Positions 28,290-37,968 of a stretch of DNA of 64,000 nt are shown here, piece by piece. The position numbers and the translations under genes were made by a program. The notes under the pieces are model-generated. The model ran no database searches. It saw only the letters and a list, made by a program, of their open reading frames with translations, and had not been told where the DNA came from. The number at the start of each line of letters is the position of its first letter. Positions within the stretch are counted from its first letter, which is position 1. The stretch lies in IMG/VR virus record IMGVR_UViG_3300028048_003124. One strand, given 5' to 3'. This stretch comes from a virus (lineage: Duplodnaviria > Caudoviricetes).

Positions 28290-29186
28290 ATGTTAAAGTC
28301 AAAAAAGGGTTGTAACAGAAACGGGTTTGCTCGCTTTGTCAGCTTATTCGTGGTTGTCATGATGGTTATGTCTGTCATTATGTTTAGTATGCTTTCCGTT
28401 GGAGCTGCTAGTGCTGATGATCAGGCTCTTAGCGATCTGTCTAAGGGTGTAGCAAGTTCTCTGTCAGGTAATCAGTATGACGTAGAAGGCGGAGGAACAA
28501 TGCAGGGTAGTGAGCTGTTTGAGCAGGATGAAAACTACTCTGATACTTATGTACAGACTATCAATGAGAAAAACTTCAATAAGCTAACTAGTAAAGCTCA
28601 GACTGAGCTTGTTACTGATATAGCTGAGGAGTCTAATTCTCTGGCTGATAATTCTAACAACAGCATCTCTGATGAGACTGTACAGAACTGGTGGAAACAG
28701 TTACAGACAAAGAAGGGTGCAGGTAGTAAGTTTCTTAATGTTATTCTTGAGAATACTAAACCTGACTTTGTAAAAGCAAACCAGATTTATGCTCCATTTA
28801 GTGGTATCGTTGGTACGATTATGGGTGTAATTGCTGTAGTTGGTATGGGTTTACTTGGAATCGTACTTGTTGCCGATATCTTCTATATCGTAATACCGCC
28901 AGTTCGTATGATGGTTGCTGAAGAAGGCGGTCAGCCAGGAGAGGGTAGAAGCTCAAGAACTGGTAAATCTAAGTTATTCAGTGATGATGCTTTGTATGCA
29001 GTAAAGATAGCTGAGGAATCAAGTGACGGTGGCGGTTCTAAGAAGCAGGCTTTAGGTGTGTATCTGAAGAGGCGTATACCGATGCTAATACTACTAGGAA
29101 TTTGTCTGATGTACCTCGTCTCAGGCTCCATTTATACCCTTGTGGGCTATATTCTTGACCTTGTGAGCGGCTTCATTGGCTTTTAA
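28290..29186 (+). CDS. Pilin/VirB2-like membrane protein, paralog 2
   Basis: Signal peptide; PFSGIVGTIMG, DIFYIVIPPVR, FSDDA and YLKRRI motifs. Confidence 0.6.
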   Translation: MLKSKKGCNRNGFARFVSLFVVVMMVMSVIMFSMLSVGAASADDQALSDLSKGVASSLSGNQYDVEGGGTMQGSELFEQDENYSDTYVQTINEKNFNKLTSKAQTELVTDIAEESNSLADNSNNSISDETVQNWWKQLQTKKGAGSKFLNVILENTKPDFVKANQIYAPFSGIVGTIMGVIAVVGMGLLGIVLVADIFYIVIPPVRMMVAEEGGQPGEGRSSRTGKSKLFSDDALYAVKIAEESSDGGGSKKQALGVYLKRRIPMLILLGICLMYLVSGSIYTLVGYILDLVSGFIGF

Positions 29187-29210
29187 AGTAGTATAGACAT
29201 TGTAATAAGT

Positions 29211-29244
29211 AAGGCTTCACTGCTTCAGTGAAGCCTTTTCTTTT
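29211..29244 (+). terminator. Intrinsic terminator
   Basis: AAGGCTTCACTG-ctt-CAGTGAAGCCTT followed by TTCTTTT. Confidence 0.9.
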
Positions 29245-29334
29245 GTTGGCAGTAAATTAGACTTTGTTTTCTAGAATACATAATAAAAAAGTGTAAGTAT
29301 TTTAGTATGTTAAAGTTTACAGGAGGTTTGTTAA

Positions 29335-31530
29335 ATGAAGCATATTATAATATTGGATAGTATTTTTATTGGAGATGATTGGAGAAATAAAAGTATAGAT
29401 GAAAAAGTAGCTTGTAGGTGTTTAGTATGCGGAAAGAGTAGGGTATTAACAATAAAACAGGCATTAAAGTATTATGAACACAGAAACCCTCAATATAATA
29501 AAGTACCTATTTGTGAAGATTGTTTAAAAGGTCAATCAACTGCAAATAACTTAATACCTTTAAATATTAAGTCAAATATCTCTATAACAACGATGAAAGA
29601 GATATACAGTGGTTTTGAAGATGTAGTATCTGATTACTTTAGTAGTGACATGAGTACTGCAGTTTTTGCTACTAAGTGTATTAGATGTGGAAAGAACTAT
29701 TATGATACTTATAATACAATAGTAAGAAAAGGAGAATTCGTATGTACAAGCTGTCACAAGAGGGGTATTTACGCTGAAAGATTAGGCTACAGAACTCTAA
29801 GCGAGATGGTACCAAATATAGAGAAATACTGGTCAGATAAAAATAGTTTACAACCTAGCGAGATACGTTTAAAGAGTACGGCAAGAGAAAAATTTTATAC
29901 AACTTGTCCTTTATGTGGTAAGGAGACGCATAAACGGTATGATGCTATACTGCGTAGTGGACCATACTGTGGACCGTGTGCAAGAAGGGTAAATGTATCA
30001 AAGGAGGAGACATTACGCTATTTATATCCAAGGGTTGCTGATATGTATGATGCATCTGATAGAAATGTATTATCCTCAGATAAGATTAGGTCAACTTCTA
30101 AGGGAGATTTTTATTTTAGGTGTAGTATTTGTGGAGAGGTATTTAAGAAGAGTTTAGCAAATATGGTAAAGGCTTTTGAAAGTGATAGTTCGTTTAAGGG
30201 ATGTCCGATATGTGCAGGTCATGAAATTAGAAAGGGTATCAACGATATAACAAGTGGTAAAAATCCATTAGCCTTAAAGTATTGGGATTATAATAAAAAT
30301 TTATCAGATGGTATAAAACCAGAAGATTTGAGTTACAAGTCGACAAGGAAAGTTTGGTTTAGATGTGGGAAGGGGCATAGTTTTTATAGGAGTGTATATA
30401 AAATACTAAGTTGTAATGAAAATAGTTATGGAAAAGGTTGCCCGATATGTTCTGGGAGAAAGGTAGAAGTTGGTGTAAACGATGTAGGAAGTACAAACCC
30501 AGATATTTTATCGAGGTGGGACTACGAACGTAATGAAGAGTTGGGAGTAAGACCAACAGATGTAACATCTTGTAGCAATAAAACTATATGGGCAAAGTGC
30601 AAGTTATGCGGTATGTCTTATCTAACAGAGGTGCAGTATCTTACAGGAGGGTTGGTTAATACTTGTGGGAATTGTCGTAAACGTAATTATAGTATAGCAG
30701 AGAAGGAGTTAGCTGATTATATACGCGATTTAGGGTTCTCGGTTGAAGAGGAGGTTCAAATAGGTAACCATTATAGTGTAGACATAGTGATAAGAGAAAA
30801 AGGTATAGCTATAGATTATAATGGTTTGTACTGGCATAGTGATAGGTATAGAGATAAATGGTACCACTACAATAAAATGGTTTTATGTAGAGACAGAGTT
30901 GGCTTAGACCTATATTATATTTGGGAGGATTGGTACAAGGAAAGACCTGATATTGTAAAATCTTGGTTAAGAAATATACTTGGTAAAAGTAATGATATAA
31001 AGATAGGAGCCAGAGAATGCAAAGCAGGGTATGTAAATACTGCATCTGCTATAGACTTTTTAAATAAACACCACATACAAGGTGCAGTTTCTTGTTCATA
31101 TTATATGGCTTTATATAAGGAGGGTATTGGTATTGCAGCTTTAATGGCTTATTCTGTAACTAGTAAAGGTTTGTACATACAAAGGTATTGTACTTCTTGT
31201 AAAGTACAAGGGGGTTTTAGTAAGTTACTTAATGAGGTATTAAAGACCGTAAATGTTGATACAGTTTATACTTTTTCAGATAATTCTATATCTTCTGGAT
31301 CATTATATGCTAGCACAGGTTTTATAATAGATAGTGAACTTAACCCAGACTATAGCTATTTAGTAGGTAATAAAAGAGAGCATAAATTCAATTATAGAAA
31401 GGCTCGTTTTGAGAAAGATAAAAACTTATATTATGAGGACGGAATGACAGAAAAGGAGTTAGCTGAGGTAAATGGCTTATACAGGGTGTATGACGCTGGA
31501 AAGGTACGGTGGGTAAAATACTTAAAATAG
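29335..31530 (+). CDS. Zn-ribbon-array nuclease copy 3 (6 modules, mostly C4 type)
   Basis: CxxC...CxxC and CxxGH...CxxC units; VDIVI..KGIAIDYNGLYWHS, IWEDW; HHIQG, RYCT..VQGGFSKLL, RVYDAGK. Confidence 0.85.
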   Translation: MKHIIILDSIFIGDDWRNKSIDEKVACRCLVCGKSRVLTIKQALKYYEHRNPQYNKVPICEDCLKGQSTANNLIPLNIKSNISITTMKEIYSGFEDVVSDYFSSDMSTAVFATKCIRCGKNYYDTYNTIVRKGEFVCTSCHKRGIYAERLGYRTLSEMVPNIEKYWSDKNSLQPSEIRLKSTAREKFYTTCPLCGKETHKRYDAILRSGPYCGPCARRVNVSKEETLRYLYPRVADMYDASDRNVLSSDKIRSTSKGDFYFRCSICGEVFKKSLANMVKAFESDSSFKGCPICAGHEIRKGINDITSGKNPLALKYWDYNKNLSDGIKPEDLSYKSTRKVWFRCGKGHSFYRSVYKILSCNENSYGKGCPICSGRKVEVGVNDVGSTNPDILSRWDYERNEELGVRPTDVTSCSNKTIWAKCKLCGMSYLTEVQYLTGGLVNTCGNCRKRNYSIAEKELADYIRDLGFSVEEEVQIGNHYSVDIVIREKGIAIDYNGLYWHSDRYRDKWYHYNKMVLCRDRVGLDLYYIWEDWYKERPDIVKSWLRNILGKSNDIKIGARECKAGYVNTASAIDFLNKHHIQGAVSCSYYMALYKEGIGIAALMAYSVTSKGLYIQRYCTSCKVQGGFSKLLNEVLKTVNVDTVYTFSDNSISSGSLYASTGFIIDSELNPDYSYLVGNKREHKFNYRKARFEKDKNLYYEDGMTEKELAEVNGLYRVYDAGKVRWVKYLK

Positions 31531-31532
31531 AA

Positions 31533-31572
31533 ATAGAGTATCCATAAAAGATACTCTATGGGTATTATATTT
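31533..31572 (+). terminator. Stem-loop after nuclease copy 3
   Basis: ATAGAGTATC-7 nt-GATACTCTAT; weak T tail. Confidence 0.45.
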
Positions 31573-31660
31573 AGAATTGTTGTTTTAATTATGTAGAGTA
31601 TTGTAATTGCTATTAGGTACTTATTGTATAGATTATAGATGTATAGGAGTTGACTAAGAT

Positions 31661-32440
31661 ATGGCAAAAAGCAAATTTAATAAGTATGTATTGGCTATAT
31701 TTTTAGCACTGGTTTGTTTGTTAAGTAGTGTTTCTGTTGTATATGCAGTAGATGTAGATGCTATGTTATCTATAGATGCAGCTTCAACAGGATTGGTACA
31801 AAACATTTGCTCAGAGGCTAATAAATATGCTAAATCAGGAAGTCCTGTTTTAGCATGTAGCTCTGGCACAAACACTCTTACTTTCAGTAATAAGAATTAT
31901 GCTAAGCTGGAGCATGATGAGAAAGAAGATTTCATGGAGGCTGCTTTAAGTGCTACAACAAAGTCAGGTCTTAATAAGAAACAGAAAAATAAGGTATATA
32001 ATTTTATAGCAGGACAAGATACTCCTATAACAAATTCTATGAAATACTTACAGAGTGACGCATCTACGGATTTCTTAGAAGCAAAAAAGATTTTTGATCC
32101 GTTTAGTGGTGTTGTAGGAACTATATTAGGTGTATTAACAACTGCTATTTTCTTATTTTCAGCACTATCTATACTTATAGATATAATGTACTTAGTATTA
32201 CCAGGGCTACAGGCAATACTTGAAAGAGGAGAGGAGAACAAACGTCCATTATTTGTAAGTAATGAGGCATATACAGCAAAAAAGGACTCAGAGAAAGATA
32301 GTGAGTATAAAAATGTGTTAAGCCTTTACATAAAAAGGCGTATTGGTTTAATAATTGCTATGGCAATATGTATTGGGTACTTGATAAGTGGAAAGATGTA
32401 TGATGTAATTGCATATTTTGTAGATGCGTTTACGTTGTAA
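31661..32440 (+). CDS. Pilin/VirB2-like membrane protein, paralog 3
   Basis: Signal peptide ending VYA-V; PFSGVVGTILG, DIMYLVLP, VSNEA and YIKRRI motifs. Confidence 0.6.
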   Translation: MAKSKFNKYVLAIFLALVCLLSSVSVVYAVDVDAMLSIDAASTGLVQNICSEANKYAKSGSPVLACSSGTNTLTFSNKNYAKLEHDEKEDFMEAALSATTKSGLNKKQKNKVYNFIAGQDTPITNSMKYLQSDASTDFLEAKKIFDPFSGVVGTILGVLTTAIFLFSALSILIDIMYLVLPGLQAILERGEENKRPLFVSNEAYTAKKDSEKDSEYKNVLSLYIKRRIGLIIAMAICIGYLISGKMYDVIAYFVDAFTL

Positions 32441-32454
32441 TATTGGAGGAATAA

Positions 32455-35400
32455 GTGATGAAGTTAGCAAGAAAAGGTAAAAACTTAACTAAAAGAATAG
32501 TAAGTTTACTGTTAGTAATAACAGTTCTTGTAGGAACAATTATCGTAGGGGTAGTGAGCGTTAATGCTGATTCCAACGATAGAATTGCTACTTATATAAG
32601 ACTTGCAGCTGACGGCTCTATAACTGATGGAGATACATCAGGAATGACTGAAGATCAATTGCGTTTTCTTGGTTTGTACTTAAGTAACTTCTATATTCCT
32701 TTTGGTACAGAGCTTGGTACAAATAATGACGATATTACAAATTCAACTAAAGAAGATATGGTAAAATCCTTACAGCAAAAGTTGGCGTTTTCCGAGGAAT
32801 TATCTAAATCTTTAGTAGAAACAATCTTTGGGTATACCAGAAGTAGCATGAAAGAGTTGAGTTTGTATGTAAGCGAACATTATCACGATGGGTATGAGAA
32901 GGTAAATTTAGTAGCCCCAAATTACTATAACTTTTTAAAGATTATGAGTGGAAGATCTGCTGATATTATATCAAACTACTCTTCAGATTCATCAAAAGAT
33001 GGTCTTTCAAAATCTGCTTATGATAAAAATTATAGTGATCTTTCTTCTGAGCAGCAAAAAAATATTGAAACATTACAACATTTGTCAACATACAGGTACG
33101 CTTATTGGGGTTACGAGGATGGTAGTGGTGTAGTTCCTGTATTTGATGCTAAGCTACAGAGAGACGCTGGACTAGAAAAGACAGCAAACTATACACCGTC
33201 CCAGATAGCTTTCTTTAAGTGTTTGGAGTCATGTAACATAGATTACGGTTATGGTTATTCTTTTTCTGATTTCAATGCTAACGATGATGTAGATTACGCT
33301 TCTTTGATAAAAGATATTTCAGACGAGGATGCTATGAAGATGACTATGTTTGGTCAGAAAATGGCAGTAGATTGTTTTGGAGATATAGTAGCTTTAGGTG
33401 CAAATCACCAAATTGTTGCAGTACCAGGTTGTATAAACCCGTATTCTTGGATTCCAGTTGATGAGAATGGTGAGGATGATTTTGCAGCTGGAAGTTATTA
33501 TAATATGATTAATTCGATAAGTATTGTTCAGTCTCAAACATCCTCTTCAAATGGTAGTGAGTTAGTTTCTGATTGTGAGAAGTTTGATATAAAAGATTAT
33601 GTTAATGCGCTTCATGGGGGTGTAGATCCTAGTACTCAAACAAGTGATCCTACAAGATATAAACTAGGTACAATAAATGAGTCTGATCCATATGTAAAAT
33701 CTCGGAAAGAGTATTTAGAAAAGCATTATAATGGCAGATTAATTTTTAAAGCTAATTTTGAAGTTTTAAATGATAACCTATCGTCGTTAAAACAAGAATA
33801 TGAGGGTGCAGGAAATAACGCAGACGGTGGATATAATATATTAGCAATAAGGAAAGCCAGGGGTTCTGTTAATTCTAAATTAACAGAGGATGGGTTTTTA
33901 GGCATACCGCTAAGCACTGATTTCCTCAAATTCTTGATAAAGGCTACTGATGGTTTTAGAAGCGCTTACCCTAATGATAAAACATATAGGTACGCAACAA
34001 GAAGTGGTAGTGGTGAACCAACAGATGCGTGGTATCTTAAAACAACAACTTATGATGTAGTTGCTCCAATACATAATGATTCCTTTGGTGCTGTTTTTAG
34101 TTTTAGTGAAGATGTATACAAGAGTTCTGATAACTCATATGCAGAAGAAACTCATTTACCAGTCTTAATGTCTAATGCTGTTTTTATAGATAGCTTAGGA
34201 GCATATAAGGGTAAAGATACTATAGATTACAAGGCTTTCAATGTAGCTTCTTTTGTAGACGATAGTGGAAGTGTTGCAGACTCTGCTAAGAATGCAAGCA
34301 TAATGTCCCACTCTTTTGGTAACATGTATAAAGATATAAAATCTGGAAAACTTAGTGTTCCAACAGAGGCTTCTGAACAAGCCTTAAGCTTACTGTATGT
34401 CACTTATTGTTGGGCTTGTTTATATGATAACAACTCAAAAAAAGATACAATAGGCAAACTTGGGTACAGGTTTAATGTAGATGGCTTACCTACTATGAGT
34501 AATTCTCCTTTATCTTTAGGTGATGAGGCTTTGGAAGGTAGTGATGCCCAACTAGATGCTATCAAGAATTGGACATATTACATTCTTCACCCAACAAAAG
34601 GTTTCAACTATGTCAGAATATGGTTAACTAATAAAATAAATCATTTATTACTAGGTTTCCATAGTGATATGGTAGGTACTAATGGAGTAGGGGCAACAGT
34701 GGGTATCACTAAATACAGAAGTAATATGGGTTATGTAACGATGCCAGATTTATCTGAGATAAATTGGACTAATCGCATAATTCAGTTGTATAATGATTGC
34801 ATACCATTTTTTATAGTAATCCTACTAATACTTATGTTGATTGCTTTCATTGTTGGAGCTCTTAATCTACAACACGCAATTATAGGTTTGCTAATATTTG
34901 CAGTATTTACTTTATTACCTGTTCCTATGATAAATGGAGCGGTTAGTTATAGTAATAGAATATCTCAAAATGTGTACGGAGATAAGTTCACGTATTGGGC
35001 ATTAGTCCAGCAAGAGTCATATGCATCAGCTATAGATGAGGCAGCAAATGCTACAGGAGATGGTAATAGTTCTTATGAGAATTATTTGCGAACGTTGTAT
35101 GCAGAGAATGAAAAGGTTTATAGCAATCAAGGTACTGAGAGCATACTCGTAAAATGGCAAGCTCCTAAGAAGATGGCATCATTAGTATTAACAGAAGCAG
35201 ATGCAAAAACTCTTGGCGGTCTTAATGAGACAGGTGTAAAGATGCTGAGGGGTATGCTAAATAACACATATAGTGGTCAAAGCTATGTAGATGATGAAGA
35301 TGCTGTCTATATGTATAGAAGTTATTTAGATATAAACAACTTTAGTAGATATATCTACAATAGCATAGATTCCAATAATGTGAAGTATAGGAGTTTAGCT

Positions 35401-37941
35401 TCTGCAAAGAAAACTAATTGGAAGTCTTTACCCTCAGATTCTAGATTAAATGCTATAAACAACGATATGGTTGATTACATGAATGAAGGGTACACTAATG
35501 GTGAAAATTTTGATCAGACAAAAACCTTTGATAATCAGAAGTATATTTATGTACCATTAACAAGTAATATAATTAATGATGTATTAGTTGATTATGATAA
35601 GATAAAAGATTTCAGTGACTCAAACGATATGATAAATATAAATGCTGATATCTTTAATTTCGGATTACCTCAGTTTAATCAATCATCATCTAGTTTTGCT
35701 GATAAGTGGGGTGTAGAAACATTTGCAGCAACAGGTGGTATAACAGATGATGGAAGAAAAACTGAATTAGGTAAGGTGTTGTCAAATTACTCTGAGGAAG
35801 ACTTTGTTGGTCTTGCTTCTTATGGTCTGTACTCAGAGAACCCTTATTATTACTTCTCTTGGAAGTTATACTCAGATGGTTTAAAAGCCGACAGTACAGG
35901 CAGTAAAGAAGGGTATAAAAACCTGCTACTTCAAAAAGGAGAAGGCGGCTATTTCTATAACACTGAAAATAACGGTAATAAAGAATTAAAGGACTTCATG
36001 AATATGAAGGGACTTTTCACTTATATAATACCGTATATGAAGCAGTGTAATGATATGGTACGCGAGTGGGATGATACTTTTGGAATATATGTATATGACG
36101 GTATACCAACTGAAGAAGGTCACTGGAATGAAATGACTACTGATGAGATGAAGGCTAAGTATTGGCATAATCTCAATGTAACAAGGTTATATTGTATATA
36201 CTGTCCATGGGTAGATGTTATGTATGATTGCTCTTATGCTAAGAGTGAGACTATAAATGTTATGGGAGAAAGGGTAACGATAGATGACCCGTTAGATCCT
36301 CAAAAGTACCCGTCATCTCGTCCCATGATTTTCTCAGCATCAGAGATGGCTGACTATGGGTTATCCGAAGCAGATCTAACTAAAGTAGAAAAGAAGATAC
36401 TACGTTGTAATGAGAAGTTTGAGGAACGTATGTATGAGTTATTGAATTACTATACGTTCAGTGATATAACTTTAAATTCAGCGGCAGCTATCAATTGTGC
36501 TTTCGTATTCAATAATACTTTTAGTGAAAACGGAATATTCACAGATAACCATAATATATACCCTCAATCTTTTGATTTGTCAAACTTCTCATATGATGCA
36601 TTCTTAAGATTAATTCTATCAAATGCAACTAGCGAAGATTTGTTAGAGGCTTCTGAGAGTTTGGATAATGGTACAGCTACTGGTGATGCTAGTGGTGATT
36701 TCTATGAGAGATTGGTAAATAGGTCTAGTACGATAACTGTTATAGTTATGTTAATACTTGACGTATTATCAGTATATTTAATACCTGCATTCAGAATATT
36801 CTTCTTAGTTGCGATATTCTTTGCAGCTATACTGATTGTATTAACTTCCGCTTTCAGAATTGAAGCCAGTGCAAAGTTCCTGAGGAAAGTGGGTATGCAG
36901 TTTGTAGTACCATTACTATCATTCTTTGCAGCAACAATAGGATTTTCTTTAGTAATGTCCTTATTTGTTGGAGTTGGAAATAATGCTGTGACTCAGACTG
37001 GTATATTTATATCATTAGGAGACCCAGTAGTAACGATGTTAGTAATGATCGCCTTAGATTTAATTCTACTGTTTATATACTGGAAGATAATAAAAAATGT
37101 TCTAAAGTATATAAGAGGTGACGCTAAAGCTGTAGGCGGTTTTGTAACAGGTCTTGGCGCAGCAACAGTTGGTTTAGTAGCAGGAGCTGTGGCAGCTGGT
37201 GCAGGAGGAGTACAAGGTTTTGGAAAAAGTGCTTCTAGACGGTTTAATAATTGGAGAAATCGCAACCTGCAAAAGAAGGGTAATAAGTCCTTAGAAGAGA
37301 TAGCAAACAATAAGGGTATGCCTGCGCAGGATGGTACAGGTGTTGAAAACGGTAGAGCCAATGAGAGAGGCGCAGGAGGTTCTGCTGAGCATGCTGAAGA
37401 TGCTGCTCGTAATAGGGACTTAGAAAAAGATAAGGGTGAAACTCCAGATATTAAGAGAGAAGTTGACGCCGAGGAGAGAAAGGCTGAGATTGATTCTAAA
37501 GCTGCATCTGGAGATATCGAAGGCTCTGATAACGATGATAGAAAGAGTCACATATCTTATGATACTGTTGGTTCAAATACTGGTTCTGAATCGGCAGACT
37601 CTCTAAACAACAAGGCATCTTCTGGTGCTAATATTGGTAGTAACAGTGATGTAACTACCAATAGAGCACCTAGAGAGAAGGTAAAACAGGGTTATAAGCC
37701 TGACGCCTATGATAGAGAAGAGGCAAGAAGGAGAGGTATACCGTCCAACAGGAGAGAAGGTAGTGATGCTATAAATCGAAGTGTTGGTAGTAGAGACGTT
37801 AAAAGAGACCGTGTTCCTCGCTCTAATAATGGTGGAAATAAGAGAGCTACCGATAGGGGTAGTAAGCCAGTAGAAACCCGACCAAACAGGGAGAAGGTAT
37901 CGAAACCTAAGAAAGATCCTAGAATACACGGTAATAAATAA
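32455..37941 (+). CDS. Giant (1828 aa) polytopic membrane protein, VirB6-like candidate
   Basis: Signal peptide (VNA-D); a central TM pair and a cluster of several TMs near the C-terminus; Gly/Ala stretch then a charged low-complexity tail; T4SS gene context. Confidence 0.6.
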   Translation: MMKLARKGKNLTKRIVSLLLVITVLVGTIIVGVVSVNADSNDRIATYIRLAADGSITDGDTSGMTEDQLRFLGLYLSNFYIPFGTELGTNNDDITNSTKEDMVKSLQQKLAFSEELSKSLVETIFGYTRSSMKELSLYVSEHYHDGYEKVNLVAPNYYNFLKIMSGRSADIISNYSSDSSKDGLSKSAYDKNYSDLSSEQQKNIETLQHLSTYRYAYWGYEDGSGVVPVFDAKLQRDAGLEKTANYTPSQIAFFKCLESCNIDYGYGYSFSDFNANDDVDYASLIKDISDEDAMKMTMFGQKMAVDCFGDIVALGANHQIVAVPGCINPYSWIPVDENGEDDFAAGSYYNMINSISIVQSQTSSSNGSELVSDCEKFDIKDYVNALHGGVDPSTQTSDPTRYKLGTINESDPYVKSRKEYLEKHYNGRLIFKANFEVLNDNLSSLKQEYEGAGNNADGGYNILAIRKARGSVNSKLTEDGFLGIPLSTDFLKFLIKATDGFRSAYPNDKTYRYATRSGSGEPTDAWYLKTTTYDVVAPIHNDSFGAVFSFSEDVYKSSDNSYAEETHLPVLMSNAVFIDSLGAYKGKDTIDYKAFNVASFVDDSGSVADSAKNASIMSHSFGNMYKDIKSGKLSVPTEASEQALSLLYVTYCWACLYDNNSKKDTIGKLGYRFNVDGLPTMSNSPLSLGDEALEGSDAQLDAIKNWTYYILHPTKGFNYVRIWLTNKINHLLLGFHSDMVGTNGVGATVGITKYRSNMGYVTMPDLSEINWTNRIIQLYNDCIPFFIVILLILMLIAFIVGALNLQHAIIGLLIFAVFTLLPVPMINGAVSYSNRISQNVYGDKFTYWALVQQESYASAIDEAANATGDGNSSYENYLRTLYAENEKVYSNQGTESILVKWQAPKKMASLVLTEADAKTLGGLNETGVKMLRGMLNNTYSGQSYVDDEDAVYMYRSYLDINNFSRYIYNSIDSNNVKYRSLASAKKTNWKSLPSDSRLNAINNDMVDYMNEGYTNGENFDQTKTFDNQKYIYVPLTSNIINDVLVDYDKIKDFSDSNDMININADIFNFGLPQFNQSSSSFADKWGVETFAATGGITDDGRKTELGKVLSNYSEEDFVGLASYGLYSENPYYYFSWKLYSDGLKADSTGSKEGYKNLLLQKGEGGYFYNTENNGNKELKDFMNMKGLFTYIIPYMKQCNDMVREWDDTFGIYVYDGIPTEEGHWNEMTTDEMKAKYWHNLNVTRLYCIYCPWVDVMYDCSYAKSETINVMGERVTIDDPLDPQKYPSSRPMIFSASEMADYGLSEADLTKVEKKILRCNEKFEERMYELLNYYTFSDITLNSAAAINCAFVFNNTFSENGIFTDNHNIYPQSFDLSNFSYDAFLRLILSNATSEDLLEASESLDNGTATGDASGDFYERLVNRSSTITVIVMLILDVLSVYLIPAFRIFFLVAIFFAAILIVLTSAFRIEASAKFLRKVGMQFVVPLLSFFAATIGFSLVMSLFVGVGNNAVTQTGIFISLGDPVVTMLVMIALDLILLFIYWKIIKNVLKYIRGDAKAVGGFVTGLGAATVGLVAGAVAAGAGGVQGFGKSASRRFNNWRNRNLQKKGNKSLEEIANNKGMPAQDGTGVENGRANERGAGGSAEHAEDAARNRDLEKDKGETPDIKREVDAEERKAEIDSKAASGDIEGSDNDDRKSHISYDTVGSNTGSESADSLNNKASSGANIGSNSDVTTNRAPREKVKQGYKPDAYDREEARRRGIPSNRREGSDAINRSVGSRDVKRDRVPRSNNGGNKRATDRGSKPVETRPNREKVSKPKKDPRIHGNK

Positions 37942-37968
37942 TTGTAGCATAAAGAGGAGGTTATTCTA

